The translations under genes were made by a program, and so were the position numbers. The notes under the pieces are model-generated. The model was given only the letters and a program-made list of their open reading frames with translations. It made no database searches and had not been told where the DNA came from. Of a DNA stretch of 32,000 nucleotides, positions 29,263 through 32,000 are shown piece after piece. Source of the DNA: Crocosphaera subtropica ATCC 51142 (lineage in GTDB: Bacteria; Cyanobacteriota; Cyanobacteriia; Cyanobacteriales; Microcystaceae); the NCBI RefSeq assembly GCF_000017845.1, contig NC_010546.1, positions 3,570,001-3,602,000 of the forward strand. Direction: 5' to 3'. How positions within the stretch are numbered: position 1 is the first letter of the stretch; each line of letters begins with the position of its first letter.

Positions 29263-29459
29263 TCGTCTTGGAAACAACAGCTTATACCAATTCTCTTTAT
29301 TAACAATAGAGAACCCAGATTAATTCTAGATTTTCTAAATTTTCTTGGGATTCGAGCAATAAAGCTAATCCATTTGTTCTTTCTGAACCATTAGCTTCTG
29401 TAACAATAAATCCTAGGTAAAGCTTTCAGCGATTTTTCTATGAGGAAGTTCAGGTAAAA

Positions 29460-29476
29460 GGTGGGCATTGCCCACC
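29460..29476 (-). terminator. Intrinsic terminator of the metallophosphoesterase gene
   Basis: Perfect stem GGTGGGC-att-GCCCACC, 12 nt after the stop, followed on the minus strand by TTTTAC. Confidence 0.7.
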
Positions 29477-29488
29477 CTACAAAGATTG

Positions 29489-31708
29489 TTAAGCAAAGAC
29501 AAAATCCGACACACTCAAGTCGCTAGACTCAATGCGTCTTAAGACCGCTAAATCTTGTCCTAAAGCATTAATGGTGGTATCGGCACCATTTTGAGTTAAC
29601 ATCAAATCGTCAAAACTGAGATCCGTTGCCCCAAAACCGATCACATCCTCACCGATGGTAAAGTCAGTGATGGTATTCGCATTAGCTGGTACATCAATGT
29701 CATCGTTGGTGAGCCAGAATTGATCCATTCCAGAACCACCAGTAACAACATTATCACCTTCACCGTAACCGAGGAATAACATATCATCCCCAGAACCTGC
29801 AAGGATGCGGTTATTGCTACCGGCAAAAATAATGTCGTCACCACTACCCAAGTCAATGCGACTACGAGAACCACCAGGGGCAAAGGTAACATCGACATAG
29901 TCATCGCCAGCACCAGCAAAGAGAATCTGATTATCTCCTGCAAATTGCTTGTCATCAGGGACTTCTGTGTCAAAGAAATCAGCATCAGACGTTCCAAAGA
30001 CAGTGGTTGGAAGCGGTTCGGGTTCAGGTTCAGAAGTTTGCTCAAGTTCGATTATGATTTCATCTCCATAAACTCGGCGCTCGGTATCGATTAGATTGTA
30101 GTTGGCATCGAGAACGGGAAAACTATAAACAGGAGTGAAGGTAATCTGTGTTAGGTTCTCTTCAACCAGATTTTCTAAGTTAACTTCTAGATGTCCATAG
30201 TGCTTGCCTCCAGCTACATTTTGAAGTACACCATTTACCTCTTGCCATAATTCTGCTTCGTCTTGGTCAGCAGTCCATTGACTAAACTCGTTGTAGCTGA
30301 GGAGATTTCCGTTCTCATCGGTGCGTTGTCCGCGCATTCCGTCTCCGGCCACCCCCACATCGTAGTAGTAAACCCCTTCTCCGTCGTTATCTTCATCGAC
30401 AAAGCTACGCTCGAACATTTCGCTATGACCAGAGAAAACCGCGACCACACCATATTCTTCAAACAGAGGATGATATTGACGCATCGGCGTTCCCCCCTGA
30501 CCAGAAGAATCTTCATGATTCATCGGTAAGCCATGAGTCCCGTTAGAGTAAGGAGCATGGTGGAACTGTGCAAAGATGATTTGTCCTTGTTCGCGAGCCG
30601 ATTCTAACTGTTTGATCGCCCAATTCCATTGAGGACTACCAGGGTTGAAGTCTGCTAAATCCGTACCCCCTGCTGCTTCATACTGTTCACGGGTGATGTT
30701 CTCTTGAGTATCCGTTCCAGGTCCAGTATATTCTTGACCGCTAATTTGAGGGGGTTGTCCTTCCCCCCCATAGTTGTTACGGTTATCGTCTGGTTCACCG
30801 TTGGAGCTATCGAGAGTCAGAATCGTTATGGGTCCGTAATCAATACGGTAGTAATTATCTTGATGTTCGGGAGTGCCATTGTCTGGCGCATCGAAATAAA
30901 CATCGTATTTTTCGCGACCAAATAAGGGCCCATACCGTCCGTCTGGGTCAGTTCCATAACCTCCGTTGAGTGCGCCAAAGTTCTCCCAGTTACCTAAAGC
31001 TGGTAGGATGGGGTACTCAGACAAGCCACTGTCAAACTCACCGGCATTATGACGGAAAAATTCATCCCAAGCCGGTTGATAACCACCCCCTTGAATTAAA
31101 TCTCCTGGCATCATCATAAAGTCGGGTTCTCGGCTGTTGATGATTTCCAGGTTGTTTCTGTAACCGACATTTTCTGTTAAGGGATAGTTAAGGCTATCGC
31201 CAGAAACCCCAAAAGTCTCTGCCCAAAGACTACCTTCTATATCTGGACGCAGTAAAGATTCTTCCTCTAAAGCGCCCTGTTGCCAATCACGACGATTAAC
31301 TCGACCGCGAGGTTCGGTTTCGCTGTCTGAAAGCACCACAAAGCGAATCTGATCCCAGTCTTCAGCAGTAGGGGCTGTCTCAAAGCTAGATTGAAAAGTA
31401 TCATCTCCAACTGTCACCGAATACTCGTAAGTGCTGTCCGGCAACAGATCCCTTATGTCTAAAGTGTGCTTATAGTTTTCATTGTCAAGCAACCATGATC
31501 CTGATTCTAAACCGTCAATCTCTTGATTTAACTCAGCATCAGTGTAACTAAGGATTGGCTCAAATGTGGGGTTAATGGTAAAGGTTAGGGGAACATTCAA
31601 TCCTGGTCCTGTAATTGATACTTCACTCGAAATATTGTCTTCGGTGAACCAAGTGATGTAAGTTCCATCGCTAGAGGGCTGTTGTAAATAAGGGTTAATG
31701 CGAAACAT
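29489..31708 (-). CDS. Secreted metallophosphoesterase (purple-acid-phosphatase-like) with C-terminal RTX-type calcium-binding repeats
   Basis: The N-terminal PYLQ..ITW beta-domain is PAP-like. Phosphoesterase motifs PGDLIQGG, GNWEN, FHHAPYS, SGHSEMFERS. C-terminal GAGDDYVD, GSGDDIIF, GSGDDMLF, GGSGMDQFW. No Sec signal, so it is possibly a T1SS substrate. Confidence 0.85.
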   Translation of the reverse strand: MFRINPYLQQPSSDGTYITWFTEDNISSEVSITGPGLNVPLTFTINPTFEPILSYTDAELNQEIDGLESGSWLLDNENYKHTLDIRDLLPDSTYEYSVTVGDDTFQSSFETAPTAEDWDQIRFVVLSDSETEPRGRVNRRDWQQGALEEESLLRPDIEGSLWAETFGVSGDSLNYPLTENVGYRNNLEIINSREPDFMMMPGDLIQGGGYQPAWDEFFRHNAGEFDSGLSEYPILPALGNWENFGALNGGYGTDPDGRYGPLFGREKYDVYFDAPDNGTPEHQDNYYRIDYGPITILTLDSSNGEPDDNRNNYGGEGQPPQISGQEYTGPGTDTQENITREQYEAAGGTDLADFNPGSPQWNWAIKQLESAREQGQIIFAQFHHAPYSNGTHGLPMNHEDSSGQGGTPMRQYHPLFEEYGVVAVFSGHSEMFERSFVDEDNDGEGVYYYDVGVAGDGMRGQRTDENGNLLSYNEFSQWTADQDEAELWQEVNGVLQNVAGGKHYGHLEVNLENLVEENLTQITFTPVYSFPVLDANYNLIDTERRVYGDEIIIELEQTSEPEPEPLPTTVFGTSDADFFDTEVPDDKQFAGDNQILFAGAGDDYVDVTFAPGGSRSRIDLGSGDDIIFAGSNNRILAGSGDDMLFLGYGEGDNVVTGGSGMDQFWLTNDDIDVPANANTITDFTIGEDVIGFGATDLSFDDLMLTQNGADTTINALGQDLAVLRRIESSDLSVSDFVFA

Positions 31709-31889
31709 AATTCAAGTACACCTTTGTTGAAATTTGATGAATTAAAAAAAATACGAAATTCTTGATTAATCTTGTTTTTGTGAGACAAGGAAGGGAATGC
31801 TAGTTAGTATGTATCGAGTTTTTTGATCACCATTTCAGGATTTTCTGTCATCACAAAAAAATCCCGAAAATTAACCATTAAAAAAAGGA

Positions 31890-31904
31890 GTAGGTATTAC
31901 CCAC
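31890..31904 (-). terminator. Degenerate copy of the 29460 terminator hairpin, followed by a T-run
   Basis: GTAGGT-att-ACCCAC (one mismatch), with TCCTTTTTTT downstream on the minus strand. Confidence 0.4.
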
Positions 31905-31916
31905 CCCAAAAAATGA

Positions 31917-32000
31917 TTAAGCAAACACAAAATCTGCCGCAGTTAAGTCAGTAGAATTAATACCTCTTAAGACCGCTAAATCTTGTCCTAAAGCATTAAT
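31917..32000 (-). CDS. 3' end of a paralogous RTX-tailed protein; gene continues beyond the window
   Basis: Translates to ...INALGQDLAVLRGINSTDLTAADFVFA-stop, compared with ...INALGQDLAVLRRIESSDLSVSDFVFA-stop for the gene ending at 29489. The last 35 nt of the window are identical to 29538-29572. Confidence 0.75.
   Translation of the reverse strand: MNALGQDLAVLRGINSTDLTAADFVFA

Noticed and set aside
29641-30925. ORFs overlapping the metallophosphoesterase gene (29641-30045, 30235-30516, 30263-30529, 30704-30925)
   Set aside because: They overlap a domain-supported CDS and have no independent motifs.
31709-31800. Pho-box-like TTAA-containing octamers upstream of the phosphoesterase gene
   Set aside because: Candidate octamers (ATTAATCA, TTTAATTC) do not fit the PyTTAAPyPy(T/A) consensus well. 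They are also not spaced at the expected 11-bp periodicity.
1-32000. Search for tRNA, rRNA, CRISPR arrays and riboswitch-like leaders
   Set aside because: By eye I found no T-loop/acceptor-like structures, no rRNA-like conserved blocks, and no regularly spaced repeats of 25-40 bp. This cannot exclude small ncRNAs without covariance-model searches.

Overview
Cyanobacterial chromosomal segment. Evidence for the taxon: at least 13 copies of the HIP1 octamer GCGATCGC, a psbA homologue, a split beta-prime gene (rpoC2) and a BicA-type SulP transporter. Gene order rpsT-tatD-rpoB-rpoC2 without rpoC1 resembles the Synechocystis/Cyanothece/Crocosphaera group; this placement is inference. Housekeeping genes: ffh, rpoB, rpoC2, tatD, rpsT. 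Metabolic or transport genes: a persulfide dioxygenase / rhodanese-DUF2892 / TauE sulfur operon, a BicA-like transporter, a GH13 alpha-glucosidase, a GHL10 protein and an SDR epimerase-like protein. Accessory content: (1) a 2.36-kb type II restriction-modification cassette (HTH-fused C5 cytosine methyltransferase plus a convergent putative endonuclease). It sits inside the 5' end of the essential SRP gene ffh and is bracketed by a 191-bp direct duplication of the ffh start. This leaves a 61-codon ffh fragment on the ancestral promoter. (2) A divergent 'rogue/sentinel' D1 (psbA) lacking several Mn4CaO5 ligands. (3) An intact ISAs1-family IS with perfect 21-bp inverted repeats, wedged between a truncated IS630 transposase gene and a truncated SUKH (SMI1/KNR4)-pentapeptide gene. 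(4) A PEP-CTERM protein. (5) An orphan secreted Cys-rich miniprotein. (6) Tandem paralogous RTX-tailed metallophosphoesterases. AT-rich heptamer arrays recur in the leaders of the two RNA polymerase transcription units. I recognised no rRNA, tRNA or CRISPR array. The most interesting item is the R-M cassette and how it rewires ffh.
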